A stretch of 64,000 nt of DNA from a virus. Its lineage: Duplodnaviria; Caudoviricetes. The translations under genes were made by a program, and so were the position numbers. This document shows positions 37,522 through 46,914 of the stretch, in pieces; positions within the stretch are counted from its first letter, which is position 1; each line of letters starts with the position of its first letter. Under the pieces are notes generated by a model, which saw nothing but the letters and a program-made list of their open reading frames with translations, was not told the DNA's origin and made no database searches. The stretch spans positions 1 through 64,000 of the IMG/VR virus record IMGVR_UViG_2912765049_000001; one strand, written 5' to 3'.

Positions 37522-38468
37522 TACGCCGCCCCCTGCTGGGCGTTGGCCTGCTGGCTGCGGGCGTACGCCCGGGAGAGCCGGAAGGAGACGAGGTCGCCGA
37601 GGGTCGTCAGCTTCCCCTGGTGGTCGATGGCGGCCATGCCCGCCGCCCGGCACTCCTGGATCTCGCGGGCCAGCTCGGACAGCGACTCGTACGTGGCCTC
37701 GCCGTCGTACGCGCGGTGCAGCATGTCGGTGCGCGGAGCACGGTCGACTCCTTCGTCGGCCCACTTCCTCAGCGCGGCCCCGACGGCGACGGCGTCCGTG
37801 AGGACCTCGTCGGCGAGGGCGGGCGCGGCGGACTTGGTGACCACCATCTCGTGGGTCGGCAGCAGGGACGCCGCGAAGTCGACGTCGTACTCGAGGCCGT
37901 CGCGGGCCTCGGCGCGCATACTCACCCGGGTGGGCACCGTGCGCCCGGCGGCGTCGGTGGCCAGAACGGCTTCCAGGCGGTTACGCAGGACGCCGATGAC
38001 GTGGCCGGGGAAGCACTGCACCGCCTCGATCATCTGCCGTTCCACGGGCCGGACTTCGTCCCAGGCCGCATCCCTGCCGCCCTTGCCGCCGCGCTGGGCG
38101 ACCTGGTCGCGGACGCCCTCGGGGCCGCTCCAGAACGCGGACCAGCTGGCGAGCACGACCACGTCGTATGAGGCTGCGGCGTACAGCGCCAGGCAGAGGT
38201 CCTTCGGGTCGAACGAGGTCATCTCCGTGACGTCGAACGTGACCTCGTCGGCGTACTGCCGGGACCTGCCACGCTCGGTGTCGATGACCGCGATGGTGTC
38301 GCCCAGGGCGGAGGCCATCCGCAGAGCGGAGATCAACCGGTTGGAACCAGGCGGGCCGTCGAGGAGCGCACGTACGGGACGGGCTTCCTTCGCGGCCTGC
38401 GCGAACTGAAATTGGGTGTGCGGAACCAGGCCGCCCGCGGATGCGGGGGCCTCGGCGGCGGTCGCCAT
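37521..38468 (-). CDS. phage-type AAA (AAA_24/Sak4-like) protein with degenerate Walker motifs
   Basis: F..A.KE...RALLDGPPGSNRLISAL, IAVIDTERG, YDVVVLASWSAFW, RDGLEYDVD. Confidence 0.75.
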   Translation of the reverse strand: MATAAEAPASAGGLVPHTQFQFAQAAKEARPVRALLDGPPGSNRLISALRMASALGDTIAVIDTERGRSRQYADEVTFDVTEMTSFDPKDLCLALYAAASYDVVVLASWSAFWSGPEGVRDQVAQRGGKGGRDAAWDEVRPVERQMIEAVQCFPGHVIGVLRNRLEAVLATDAAGRTVPTRVSMRAEARDGLEYDVDFAASLLPTHEMVVTKSAAPALADEVLTDAVAVGAALRKWADEGVDRAPRTDMLHRAYDGEATYESLSELAREIQECRAAGMAAIDHQGKLTTLGDLVSFRLSRAYARSQQANAQQGAA

Positions 38469-38554
38469 GAGGTGGGTCTCCTATGCGGTTGTTCTGTCGC
38501 GGAGGGCCGGGCCGGTGTCGGCTTCCAGCCCGCAGGGCGCCCCCGCGCGGCGTC

Positions 38555-39097
38555 TTACTCCTGGTCCAGCTCGCCGGCCAGGTAGTCCTCACGCAGGTAC
38601 TGGGTGATCACCCGGGACGGATTGACGAGGAACTTCAGGCGCTCCTTGTCGGCCTTGCAGCGGGCCTCGATCGGCGCCCAGTCGTCGTCGCTCATGCGCA
38701 GGCTGGCGCTCGGCAGCGACTTGACCGGCTTCTCGCCCGCCGCCCGGCGCGGTGCCCGCACCGGTTTGACCGGCGTGATGCCGCCCTCGAGGTACTTCGT
38801 GAACCCGCCGCGCAGCACGTCGGCGAGGCTGCGGTGTTCGCGCTTGGCCTTCTTCTCCGCCGCGTCCTTCACGTCCTGCGGGATGTACAGCGGCCGGGAC
38901 GGCAGGTCTCCCGAGTCGTCGCGCACCGCCCACACCGCGCGGCCGGCGGCCCGGGCGAGCGCGCCGAACGCATCGGCGCTGCCCTCGAGCACCCCGAAGT
39001 CGGTCTTCAACTTGGCGACGCCGCCCTCGGCGATCACCTCGTAGGACGTCTTGTCGGTCAGGCGGAACACGGGGACGGAGGGCTGCTCGTCAGCCAC
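38555..39097 (-). CDS. putative tandem ribbon-helix-helix DNA-binding protein
   Basis: LPSRPLYIPQDVKDAAEKKAKREHRSLADVLRGGFTKY and LPSASLRMSDDDWAPIEARC...SRVITQYL; first gene under cassette copy 6. Confidence 0.65.
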   Translation of the reverse strand: MADEQPSVPVFRLTDKTSYEVIAEGGVAKLKTDFGVLEGSADAFGALARAAGRAVWAVRDDSGDLPSRPLYIPQDVKDAAEKKAKREHRSLADVLRGGFTKYLEGGITPVKPVRAPRRAAGEKPVKSLPSASLRMSDDDWAPIEARCKADKERLKFLVNPSRVITQYLREDYLAGELDQE

Positions 39098-39234
39098 GGC
39101 GGTTGATCCTCTCGACGGCGGGCCGCGCCGGACCCTGACCGGCGCGTCGGCGTACGACATGTACGACCTCACTTTCGCAGAACCGTGCCGGAGGTCCCGG
39201 TGGTGCGTGCTGCACCAACCGTCCCGGCGGCCCC

Positions 39235-39280
39235 ACGATAACTAAAACCCTATACGTAAGCAATGGGTTTTGGGTATGGT
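39235..39280. promoter_or_regulatory. conserved promoter/operator cassette copy 6 at the point where transcription diverges
   Basis: AAACCCTATACGTAAGCAA at 39245-39263 inside AAAACCC...GGGTTTT; leftward TTGCTT-N17-TATCGT; rightward -10-like TATGGT. Confidence 0.8.
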
Positions 39281-39340
39281 GTGGTCGTCCGGCACGTCGA
39301 CTACGAAAGGAGGACAGGGCCGCTCCGCCCGAATCCGCCA

Positions 39341-39721
39341 ATGCCCACCATGCCATTCAGCGAGTTCTTCGCGAACCTCATCGCGGAACACGCCACCGAT
39401 CCGCCCGCTCCGGAGCCAGTGCCGCCGCCGGCCGTGACGGTCGAACTGGTCCCCGTTGATCCTGACGTGCCCAGCGCCCACGTCGCCTACGCCTTCAACC
39501 CGCACGAGGGCGCCCGCTCCCAGGCCAACTACCACCTGCGCCTGGACCAGGATCTCAACGCCGGGCGCCTGGTACGCAAGAGGGGCGACGCCCTGTGCAA
39601 GCCGCAGGCGAAGTTCTGGGGGCTGGAGCCCACCCGGCCGGCCGACCGCCGCGCCCCCTCCTGCCCGACCTGTATCGAGCGAGCCGAGCGCTACGGCATC
39701 ACCGTCCGGCAGGCCGCATGA
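39341..39721 (+). CDS. hypothetical protein with H/C zinc motifs
   Basis: YHL...ALC...CPTC; coupled to the next gene. Confidence 0.6.
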   Translation: MPTMPFSEFFANLIAEHATDPPAPEPVPPPAVTVELVPVDPDVPSAHVAYAFNPHEGARSQANYHLRLDQDLNAGRLVRKRGDALCKPQAKFWGLEPTRPADRRAPSCPTCIERAERYGITVRQAA

Positions 39722-39966
39722 GCCAGACCGAGCAGGAGACGGCCAAACCGAAGCGGCACCGGTGGGACAAGATCAACGACTACCGCAAGCGGTGCGGGGA
39801 CTGCGGCATGCTCGCCGACCGCCGCCCGCACCCCTACCGCCGCCAGTGGTGGACCGAGTGGACGCTGGGCGAGAAGTCCTGGAACACGCTCCAGGGCGAC
39901 AAGACCCCGCCCTGCCAGCCCAAAGACGAAGACCGCCAGCCCCAAGACGAGGCGGCGGCCCAGTAG
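39718..39966 (+). CDS. small Cys/Trp-rich hypothetical protein
   Basis: ATGA overlap; HRW...CGDCG...TPPC. Confidence 0.6.
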   Translation: MSQTEQETAKPKRHRWDKINDYRKRCGDCGMLADRRPHPYRRQWWTEWTLGEKSWNTLQGDKTPPCQPKDEDRQPQDEAAAQ

Positions 39967-40038
39967 TTCACACCGCGTACGGCGCGGCCAGCGTAACCGA
40001 TCTTCATTTCACAGCACAGCCCCAAAATCCCCACAGGC

Positions 40039-40057
40039 GTGATTGCCGCGCAATCAC
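40039..40057. repeat. outlying copy of the 19-bp palindrome
   Basis: GTGATTGC-CGC-GCAATCAC upstream of the DUF4326 operon. Confidence 0.9.
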
Positions 40058-40088
40058 CCCACCCGCCCCAGCAGAAACGGAGACCCAG

Positions 40089-40556
40089 TTGAGCACCCCC
40101 GCCCTGCCCGTGAGGAGGAAACGCGAGCGCACCGAGGGCTGGCGCAAGGGCGACGGTGTCATCGTCGACCGCACCACCCGGGACTTCGGCAACCCCTTCA
40201 CGCTCGACTGGGCCTACACGCTGAAACTGGCCGAGCGCGGCGACCGCGCCAAAGCGCACGAGGCCGTCGTCGACCTGTACCGCAAGTGGCTGGCCGGCGA
40301 CCGCACCTACTTCAACGACGCCGAGTACGACCTGCAGCGCGACCGCGTCCTCGACCGCCTGGAAGAGCTGCGCGGCAAGGACCTCATCTGCCCCTGCGAA
40401 CTGGGCCTGGCCTGCCACGCCGACGTGCTCATGCAGTGGGCCAACGCCGACCCGGCCGAGACCGCGCGGTACGTCACCCTCGCCCGGCGCCGCGTCGACC
40501 GCTCGAGGGCCCGGCGCGGCGAGACCCCGCTGCAGCACCTGCGGGACGCTGCGTGA
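40089..40556 (+). CDS. DUF4326 family protein
   Basis: VDR...FGNPF...YRKWL...ELRGKDLICPC....CHADVL. Confidence 0.88.
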   Translation: MSTPALPVRRKRERTEGWRKGDGVIVDRTTRDFGNPFTLDWAYTLKLAERGDRAKAHEAVVDLYRKWLAGDRTYFNDAEYDLQRDRVLDRLEELRGKDLICPCELGLACHADVLMQWANADPAETARYVTLARRRVDRSRARRGETPLQHLRDAA

Positions 40557-40945
40557 CCGCCGTCGCGGCGGTCGTGCCGAGCATGCCCGAGGCCGACGCG
40601 GCCTGGATCCGCGACCACGTCCTTGCCCCGCTGGAGATCCCGCCCGCGGAAACCGAATGCCCCTGCCAGATCACCTCCAACGCCTGCCGGTACGACCGGC
40701 ACGGCGAGTGCGGCCACGAACAGTGGATCGCCTGGGGCGGCTACGAGCACGAGACCGTCATCGGCCAGGGCTTCGGCCCCTTCCCCTGCCGCGGGAGCTT
40801 CCCTCTCGGCAGTACCGCCACCGTCTACCTCGCCGACCGGCGCTGCCGCGTCCGGTGCAACTGCCGCTGCCACCAGCCCCCGCCCGAGCCCAGCTCCACT
40901 CCCACCCACACCGAGCAACTCGATCTGTTCACGGAGGAGTTATGA
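40553..40945 (+). CDS. Cys-rich hypothetical protein
   Basis: coupled overlaps; CPCQ...C...H..C, CRVRCNCRCH. Confidence 0.65.
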   Translation: MTAVAAVVPSMPEADAAWIRDHVLAPLEIPPAETECPCQITSNACRYDRHGECGHEQWIAWGGYEHETVIGQGFGPFPCRGSFPLGSTATVYLADRRCRVRCNCRCHQPPPEPSSTPTHTEQLDLFTEEL

Positions 40946-41733
40946 GCAAACGACCGGTCACCCACTACATGGCCACCCGCCCCGACGGGACGGTCCACCC
41001 CAGCTGCGAGTACCTCGCCCGGTACGCCCGCGAGCACGGCGAGCCCGTCACGACCGTCAACCTCGCCGACCACGTCGGCCAGACCATCGACCACCCCAGC
41101 CCCGGCAAGAAGTGGTACACCGACGCCCCGTTCTCGTACTTCCACATGTACACCAAGCCCGGCGAGATCCTGGAGCGCATCGAGGAGGGCTGGCCGATCC
41201 GGCTGTTCGTCGTACAGCCGCGCGGAGAGACCGGCAACTGGGGCGAGGGCCACTACCCGTACTGGCTGATGTCCCACCAGGTCCACGTCGTAGCGGAGAC
41301 CGACGCCTGGCGTGCCTTCGGGCACCGCGGCGAAAAGGTCCTCAACACCATCGCGCAGGTGCCCGACCTCGCCCGGCAGTGGGCCGAAGCGTGGGCCGCC
41401 GACCCCGACGGCGCCCGCCGCCAGTACGCCGCCTGGGACGAGCGCCTGGACGACACCCGGGCCGTGACCGACTGGGCGCACTGGAAGGCGCGGTACTCCC
41501 GACGCGCGGCCGGCCTCAAGACGGCCTACACGCTCGCCTCGGCCGCCGCGGAGAAGGCCGCGACCGACGCCGGCGCCGACACGGACGTCGTCGCCGCGAT
41601 CAGCCTGCGCGCCCGGTGCCTGGTCGCCGGTCAGCTCCTCCACGACCGGATCTGCTCGGGCGAGTACGAGAAGTCGATCCGCGCGCTGCTGCTCGGCACC
41701 CAACTCGACACCCCCACCCCCGTCGCTGCCTGA
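40942..41733 (+). CDS. hypothetical protein
   Basis: GGAGGAG RBS, GC3 bias. Confidence 0.75.
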   Translation: MSKRPVTHYMATRPDGTVHPSCEYLARYAREHGEPVTTVNLADHVGQTIDHPSPGKKWYTDAPFSYFHMYTKPGEILERIEEGWPIRLFVVQPRGETGNWGEGHYPYWLMSHQVHVVAETDAWRAFGHRGEKVLNTIAQVPDLARQWAEAWAADPDGARRQYAAWDERLDDTRAVTDWAHWKARYSRRAAGLKTAYTLASAAAEKAATDAGADTDVVAAISLRARCLVAGQLLHDRICSGEYEKSIRALLLGTQLDTPTPVAA

Positions 41734-41804
41734 TCAACCCGTCGGACCTCCCACCAAGGCCGCCGCCATCGAGGGCGGCGGCCCCGCCTGCACCAAGGAG
41801 CACC

Positions 41805-42425
41805 ATGCCCCGACCCCTGGCCCGGATCCACCGGTCCATTCGCGCCCAGACGATCGGGAACCTCCTGATCAAGTCCAGCGGCGGCCGACTCCAGCGCCGG
41901 AAGAAGGTGGGGATCGGCCGCACCGGCACCCGATCCCCGCGCTGCTCCGGCTTCCTCGCCTCCCAGCAGCACGGCGCCCTGGTCCAGGTGCACTACGTCC
42001 ACGACGAGGGCGACGGCACCGAGACCAGCGAGCGCATCGAGGCCGACCGGGACCGCGAGATCCAGGCCCTCCTGCTGGACGCGGGCTACACCGCCGAGAT
42101 CCTCGACAACCCGAACCCCGGCGCCGTCGGCGTCCACGTCCGGCGCCTGGACGAGCCCACCGAGGAGGAGTGGCAGGCCCTGCGCCTCATCGCCGACCGC
42201 CAGGTCACCCACCGCCCGGGCGCCTCCAGCGTCACCGGCCTCGCCGACCCGGACCTCTTCCAGACGCTGTTCCTCTCCCACCTGGCCACCACCACCCGCG
42301 AGTCCGACGCCACCGGCGCCACCTTCGTACGCCTCACCGAGGCCGGCGAAGCCCTCCTCGCTGACCGCCTCACCACCGGTACCGGGGAGACCATGGTGCA
42401 GGTGCTCGAATCCAAGGAGGGCTGA
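41805..42425 (+). CDS. hypothetical protein, C-terminal wHTH-like
   Basis: AAGGAG RBS; VRLTEAGEALL. Confidence 0.65.
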   Translation: MPRPLARIHRSIRAQTIGNLLIKSSGGRLQRRKKVGIGRTGTRSPRCSGFLASQQHGALVQVHYVHDEGDGTETSERIEADRDREIQALLLDAGYTAEILDNPNPGAVGVHVRRLDEPTEEEWQALRLIADRQVTHRPGASSVTGLADPDLFQTLFLSHLATTTRESDATGATFVRLTEAGEALLADRLTTGTGETMVQVLESKEG

Positions 42426-42427
42426 GC

Positions 42428-43243
42428 GTGGGAGCGCTGAACCTGATCCCCTACGAGCCGCCGAAGAAGGACCCGTCGACGAAGACCGGCGGCCGGGACG
42501 GCGGCGGCTTCGCTGAACTCGCCCACCAGATCTACCAGGACGAACGGGCCGACGCAGACTCGCGCCGGCTCCTCCTCGCGTTCGCGTACGTCATCACCAT
42601 GCTGCCCAAGCCGGCCAACGGGAAGGAGCAGTTCGCGAACATCCGCGAGGCCCTCGGCCGCGACGAACGGCACCGCTACACCGACCCGCTGCGCGCGCTC
42701 ATCGAACACGACCGGCCCCGCTACGTTCCCCCGGACGAGCGCCCCGGCGGCTACGAGGCGTCCAAGCGGACCTGCGTCGGCCCCCGCGTCCGCCCGTACA
42801 AGGAACGCCTCTACAGGGCCGAGCAGATGTCCCTGCCCGCCAGGGTCGAGCAGGAGAAGCGGGACGCCGAGGACTTCCGCAACACCGAGAACGTCTGCGG
42901 CGCACCCGGTAAGGACCGCGTCCTGGAGAAGCTGCCCGGGACCGGCTGGTACCGGTGGCACTGGTTCTGCCAGCGGCACCGCGACCACGCCGCCCGCGTC
43001 CGCGCCCAGGTCCAGGAGCAGAACGAGCGAGCGCCCGAGCCGATCCCGAACGCCGGCGGCCTGCTGCCCTGTTACTACGAGGCCGACTGGGTCCGTCTGT
43101 ACCGGCACTACACCTGGGAGGGCTGGGAGCCGCCCGTGTACGGCGTCCGCGCCGACGACTGGCCCGTCCCCGGGAAGGAACCCGTGCCCCCGCGGGCGCG
43201 ACTGCGGCTGGTCATCAGCAGCGACGAACCGGAGGACGCCTGA
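42428..43243 (+). CDS. hypothetical protein
   Basis: AAGGAGG RBS, GC3 bias. Confidence 0.72.
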   Translation: MGALNLIPYEPPKKDPSTKTGGRDGGGFAELAHQIYQDERADADSRRLLLAFAYVITMLPKPANGKEQFANIREALGRDERHRYTDPLRALIEHDRPRYVPPDERPGGYEASKRTCVGPRVRPYKERLYRAEQMSLPARVEQEKRDAEDFRNTENVCGAPGKDRVLEKLPGTGWYRWHWFCQRHRDHAARVRAQVQEQNERAPEPIPNAGGLLPCYYEADWVRLYRHYTWEGWEPPVYGVRADDWPVPGKEPVPPRARLRLVISSDEPEDA

Positions 43244-43245
43244 CC

Positions 43246-43980
43246 ATGCGCATACCCGTGAGCTTCCTGCACCAGTGGCGCCCCCAACAGCCGCACAGGC
43301 GGGGATACCTGCCCGGCGACGGGGTCATGCCGTACCTGAAGGAGACCAACCACTCCACCCGCATCCGGCCGGGCACCATCATCGTGTTCGGGGAGCGGAA
43401 GGCGTACGAAGTCGTCGAGGTGAACGAGCGGCCGGTGGATCTGTGGCCGGAGCACTTCCAGCAGGAGTGGGCACGGTTCACCCAGTGGTGGGCGGAGCAG
43501 GTCGTGTCCGGCCGGGAGATGGGCGATCAGCCCGAGCGCGCCACCTGGGAGCACCGCCCCCTGGTCCTCGTCATACGCCCCGCCGACCAGCCCACCGCGA
43601 AGCCGAAGCACTACGCCGTACGCGCCAGCCGCCCGTTCTTCGTCCTGGATGAGCACTACAGCGTCTGCCGTCTGTGCAACGAGATCCCGCCGTGCACCCA
43701 CGTCACCACCGAGGCCATGGTCGACCTCGAGATGGCCAACACCGACCGGCTCATGGCGATCCCGGCCGGCCACTGCCTTGGCTGCGGCGAAGCCATCACG
43801 GCCCGGATGAAGGCCGTACGGTTCCCCGGCCCCAACCTCTGGCGCCCCGACCTCGGTTCCGACTCCGCCGTCTTCCACGCCCGCAGCACCTGCGACGAGT
43901 ACGTGTCCGCCTACCGGCGCCAGTGGGAGGAGAAGGGCCACGACGAGCTGCAGCCCCAACTCCCCGAGGACAGCCCGTGA
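43246..43980 (+). CDS. hypothetical protein with CxxC motifs
   Basis: GGAGG RBS; VCRLCNE.PPC, HCLGCGE. Confidence 0.72.
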   Translation: MRIPVSFLHQWRPQQPHRRGYLPGDGVMPYLKETNHSTRIRPGTIIVFGERKAYEVVEVNERPVDLWPEHFQQEWARFTQWWAEQVVSGREMGDQPERATWEHRPLVLVIRPADQPTAKPKHYAVRASRPFFVLDEHYSVCRLCNEIPPCTHVTTEAMVDLEMANTDRLMAIPAGHCLGCGEAITARMKAVRFPGPNLWRPDLGSDSAVFHARSTCDEYVSAYRRQWEEKGHDELQPQLPEDSP

Positions 43981-44507
43981 CGCCCGCGGCGCCCGGCCCG
44001 TGCGTGCTGCTCATGGCTCCCAGCGGCGCGGGGAAGTCCACGCTCGCCGAGCAGTTGGCGCGCGAGCTGGGCGCGGCCGTCGTCAGCTACGACGCCCATC
44101 AGCGGCGGATGCCCGGGGACACCGGCGTCGAAGCGGTGACCGAGGACGCACTGACGGCGGCATGGGCGGAACTGGCGACCCACTGCGCGGCCGGGACGCC
44201 GGTGGTCGTGGACGGAACCCACTCGCAGCCGGAGCGCCGCGCCCGCGTCCACGCGATCGCGACCGCGCACGGCCGCGCCACGATCCTCCTTGTGCTGATG
44301 GTGCCGCTGACGGAGTGTCTGGCCCGGCAGCAGTCGCGAGGCCGGAAGGTCCCGGCCGCCGACGTGACCCGCCAGCACACGGCCATTACCACCGCCCTGC
44401 CCACCCTCGACGCCGAGGGCCACGCGGCCGTGATCCGGCTGGACGACGCCGTGCTCACCGACGCGTGCCGGGCCGCCATCCACGCCCCGCGGCGGCTGTC
44501 GCGATGA
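43977..44507 (+). CDS. P-loop kinase (AAA_33 / polynucleotide kinase-like)
   Basis: APSGAGKST, VVVDGTH, CLARQQSRGRKVP. Confidence 0.85.
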   Translation: MTPAAPGPCVLLMAPSGAGKSTLAEQLARELGAAVVSYDAHQRRMPGDTGVEAVTEDALTAAWAELATHCAAGTPVVVDGTHSQPERRARVHAIATAHGRATILLVLMVPLTECLARQQSRGRKVPAADVTRQHTAITTALPTLDAEGHAAVIRLDDAVLTDACRAAIHAPRRLSR

Positions 44508-44710
44508 CCACCCAGCGCGACGACCAGACGAGCCTGCCCATCCCCGTCACCCGCGACCGGCCCGTCGTGAAGTGCCTCGACTGCAAGACCCCGCTCACCA
44601 ACCGCAAGTCCCGCCTCTGGGGCCGGGGCGAGAAGTGTCGGCACGACCTGACCTCGGCCCCCAGCCCGGGCCGCTTCGACGTCGAGCAGGACGAACTCCC
44701 AGACGCGTGA
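44504..44710 (+). CDS. small zinc-finger protein (DUF6011-like)
   Basis: CLDCKTPLTNRKSRLWGRGEKC. Confidence 0.65.
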   Translation: MTTQRDDQTSLPIPVTRDRPVVKCLDCKTPLTNRKSRLWGRGEKCRHDLTSAPSPGRFDVEQDELPDA

Positions 44711-44909
44711 TGCGGCACGTACTAAGGGACGGCACGTTCATCCTGGCCGAGGCATATAGTCGCTCCTGGCGGCGCACGACCGTCGGCATCCGTGATGGGA
44801 TCGAGAGCCCACGCCAGATCCCGGCATCCGGACAGGTTGTCTCTGACACATCGTGCGATGACCAGCGTCCGCTCATGAGCGGTACGCGCGTGGGGCGTAC
44901 CGGCATGGA

Positions 44910-46190
44910 GTGATGGACCTGATGTCCAAGAACCGCGCCCGCGACCGGGCAGCCAAGGCAGAGATGGAACGCACCGGCGCCCGCCGCGCCAAAGCCGTCC
45001 GCAAGGTCGACACGACCGGCCAGGACAGCCCGTACCCCGTCAGCCTGGTCGACGACAACGGTGAACGTTGGTACCTGCAGTCCGGGCAGGCCAACGCCTA
45101 CGGCACCCGCAGCCTCGACTGGAGCGAGTCCCGCACGTACGAGGAGATCACCGAGCAGGCCGGGCCCGTCCGGCACATCGACGTCCCCGCCGACGACGAC
45201 TTCCCGCGCATCCGCCAAGCGCTCACGGACGCGGGGCCGACTGCGCTGTCCACCCTCATCGCCGCCCTGCACGCTGCGGCGACCGCCGCCGAGGAAGCCA
45301 CCGGCCGGCCGGAGGACCTGGTCGCTGGCCGCCCCGGCTCCACCGAGTCGGTGATCGTGCTGCAGATGACCCTGGACGTCGGCCCCCGCGTACCCGCCAC
45401 GTCCATCGACCCGGCCTCCCTCGAAGTCATCGCGCCGATCCTCACCCGCTGGGTGACCGGGGAGACCGTCGTCGAGGTGGCCGAGAACCTGGCGCACGTC
45501 CTCGGCGGGCTTGTCGACGGGCTCGGCTGGCACGGCATCACCGACCCGTGGACCCGCCGCAACGTCGCGCCGTACGCCAGCTGGGCCACCAGCCACAGCA
45601 GCAACCCGGTGGGGGCGCACCGGGCCCGTGCCGCCGCGGAACTCCTCGATGAGGCCGAGGAAACCGTCGCCTCGACCGCGTTCCTGCTGGACGCCTCCAT
45701 GCCCAGCGAGCCAGACCCCGGCCTGGTCGGCGACTCCACCATGGAGCAGCTCTTCGCCGCCCTGGTCGCCCGCGCCCTGCACACCTTGGACCGCGACGGC
45801 GCCGAATACCCGGCCCGCGCTGACGTGTTCGTCCTGCCTCCCGGCATCACGGACCGGCCCGACGACGCTCCGCCCGGCTGGCGTCGTGTCGCCGCCTTGG
45901 TCGTGGTGACCGCCCGCCGACCGTGGGAACTCGACGAAGACGAGGACCAGCGCGTCATCACCGACGCCTTCCGGGCAGTACGAGACGCTCTCAACCGCTA
46001 CTGGCCGGGCCTGCCCGAAGAACACGAGCACGCCGCGCTGTCCCTGGACATGCTGGCCGCGCTGCGTGGCCAGTTCACCGCCGAGGCCGTGCGCGAGGTG
46101 TACCGGGACCTGGTCGGCTCGGCCGTGTACCACACGTACACCCTGGGAGCCGACCCGGAGTTGGATCCCAGCGGTCAGCCCCCCGCCTGA
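44910..46190 (+). CDS. hypothetical protein
   Basis: 426-aa GC3-biased ORF. Confidence 0.75.
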   Translation: MMDLMSKNRARDRAAKAEMERTGARRAKAVRKVDTTGQDSPYPVSLVDDNGERWYLQSGQANAYGTRSLDWSESRTYEEITEQAGPVRHIDVPADDDFPRIRQALTDAGPTALSTLIAALHAAATAAEEATGRPEDLVAGRPGSTESVIVLQMTLDVGPRVPATSIDPASLEVIAPILTRWVTGETVVEVAENLAHVLGGLVDGLGWHGITDPWTRRNVAPYASWATSHSSNPVGAHRARAAAELLDEAEETVASTAFLLDASMPSEPDPGLVGDSTMEQLFAALVARALHTLDRDGAEYPARADVFVLPPGITDRPDDAPPGWRRVAALVVVTARRPWELDEDEDQRVITDAFRAVRDALNRYWPGLPEEHEHAALSLDMLAALRGQFTAEAVREVYRDLVGSAVYHTYTLGADPELDPSGQPPA

Positions 46191-46293
46191 CCCCACGGGG
46201 CCGGGTGCCGACGGGGGATGCAGCACCCGGCCCCGCACCGACCGTACAGCTTGTGCATCGCCGAGAGCTGTACTTGCCGACTTGGACTTCACG

Positions 46294-46914
46294 ATGACTC
46301 GACACCCGTACGCTTCTGCCATGCGCCGCGACATCTACACGCCGGTCAACGCCGAGGACGAGTTCGACCGCGCCGTGGCGCGGCGGAACGGAATCCGGCT
46401 CAGCATGTACGCGGACGCGCTCCGCTACAGCCGCGACCCCGACGCCATGATCTGGCACGACGCGCTCAAGTGGTCCGTGGCCGCGCATAGCGACGGCCCG
46501 CCCACTGAGGCAGCGCATCGCACGCTTGAGGACCGGTTCGGCCCCCGCCTCGATAGCAGCAGCGACCCGGAGGCCCCGGTCTGGTCCGACGCGCTCCGCT
46601 GGGCGGCGCAGTACTTCCGCGGCGAGCCCACGGCGCCGAAGGAGTTCTTCGACCGGTTCGCCGTGGCGCCGGCGTACCAAGGCGGCGAGCCGCCCGCGGA
46701 AGCCCTCGTCGTGTACCAGACCGTCCGGGCCGCCGTTGAACTTGCCAGGCTCGCCGAGGCGATGACGGCCGCCGGGCAGCACTCGGCGCCGATCGCACGT
46801 CAGGCCGAGCAACTGCGTGCCAGCGCCCGCCAGCAGGCCGAGGAGCTGGGCATGCGCGGCCTGCTGCAAGAAGTCGACCGCCGTCTGGGCAATGACTCGA
46901 CGGCGGCAGCGTGA
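46294..46914 (+). CDS. hypothetical protein
   Basis: internal repeat IWHDALKW / VWSDALRW; coupled to the next gene. Confidence 0.65.
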   Translation: MTRHPYASAMRRDIYTPVNAEDEFDRAVARRNGIRLSMYADALRYSRDPDAMIWHDALKWSVAAHSDGPPTEAAHRTLEDRFGPRLDSSSDPEAPVWSDALRWAAQYFRGEPTAPKEFFDRFAVAPAYQGGEPPAEALVVYQTVRAAVELARLAEAMTAAGQHSAPIARQAEQLRASARQQAEELGMRGLLQEVDRRLGNDSTAAA

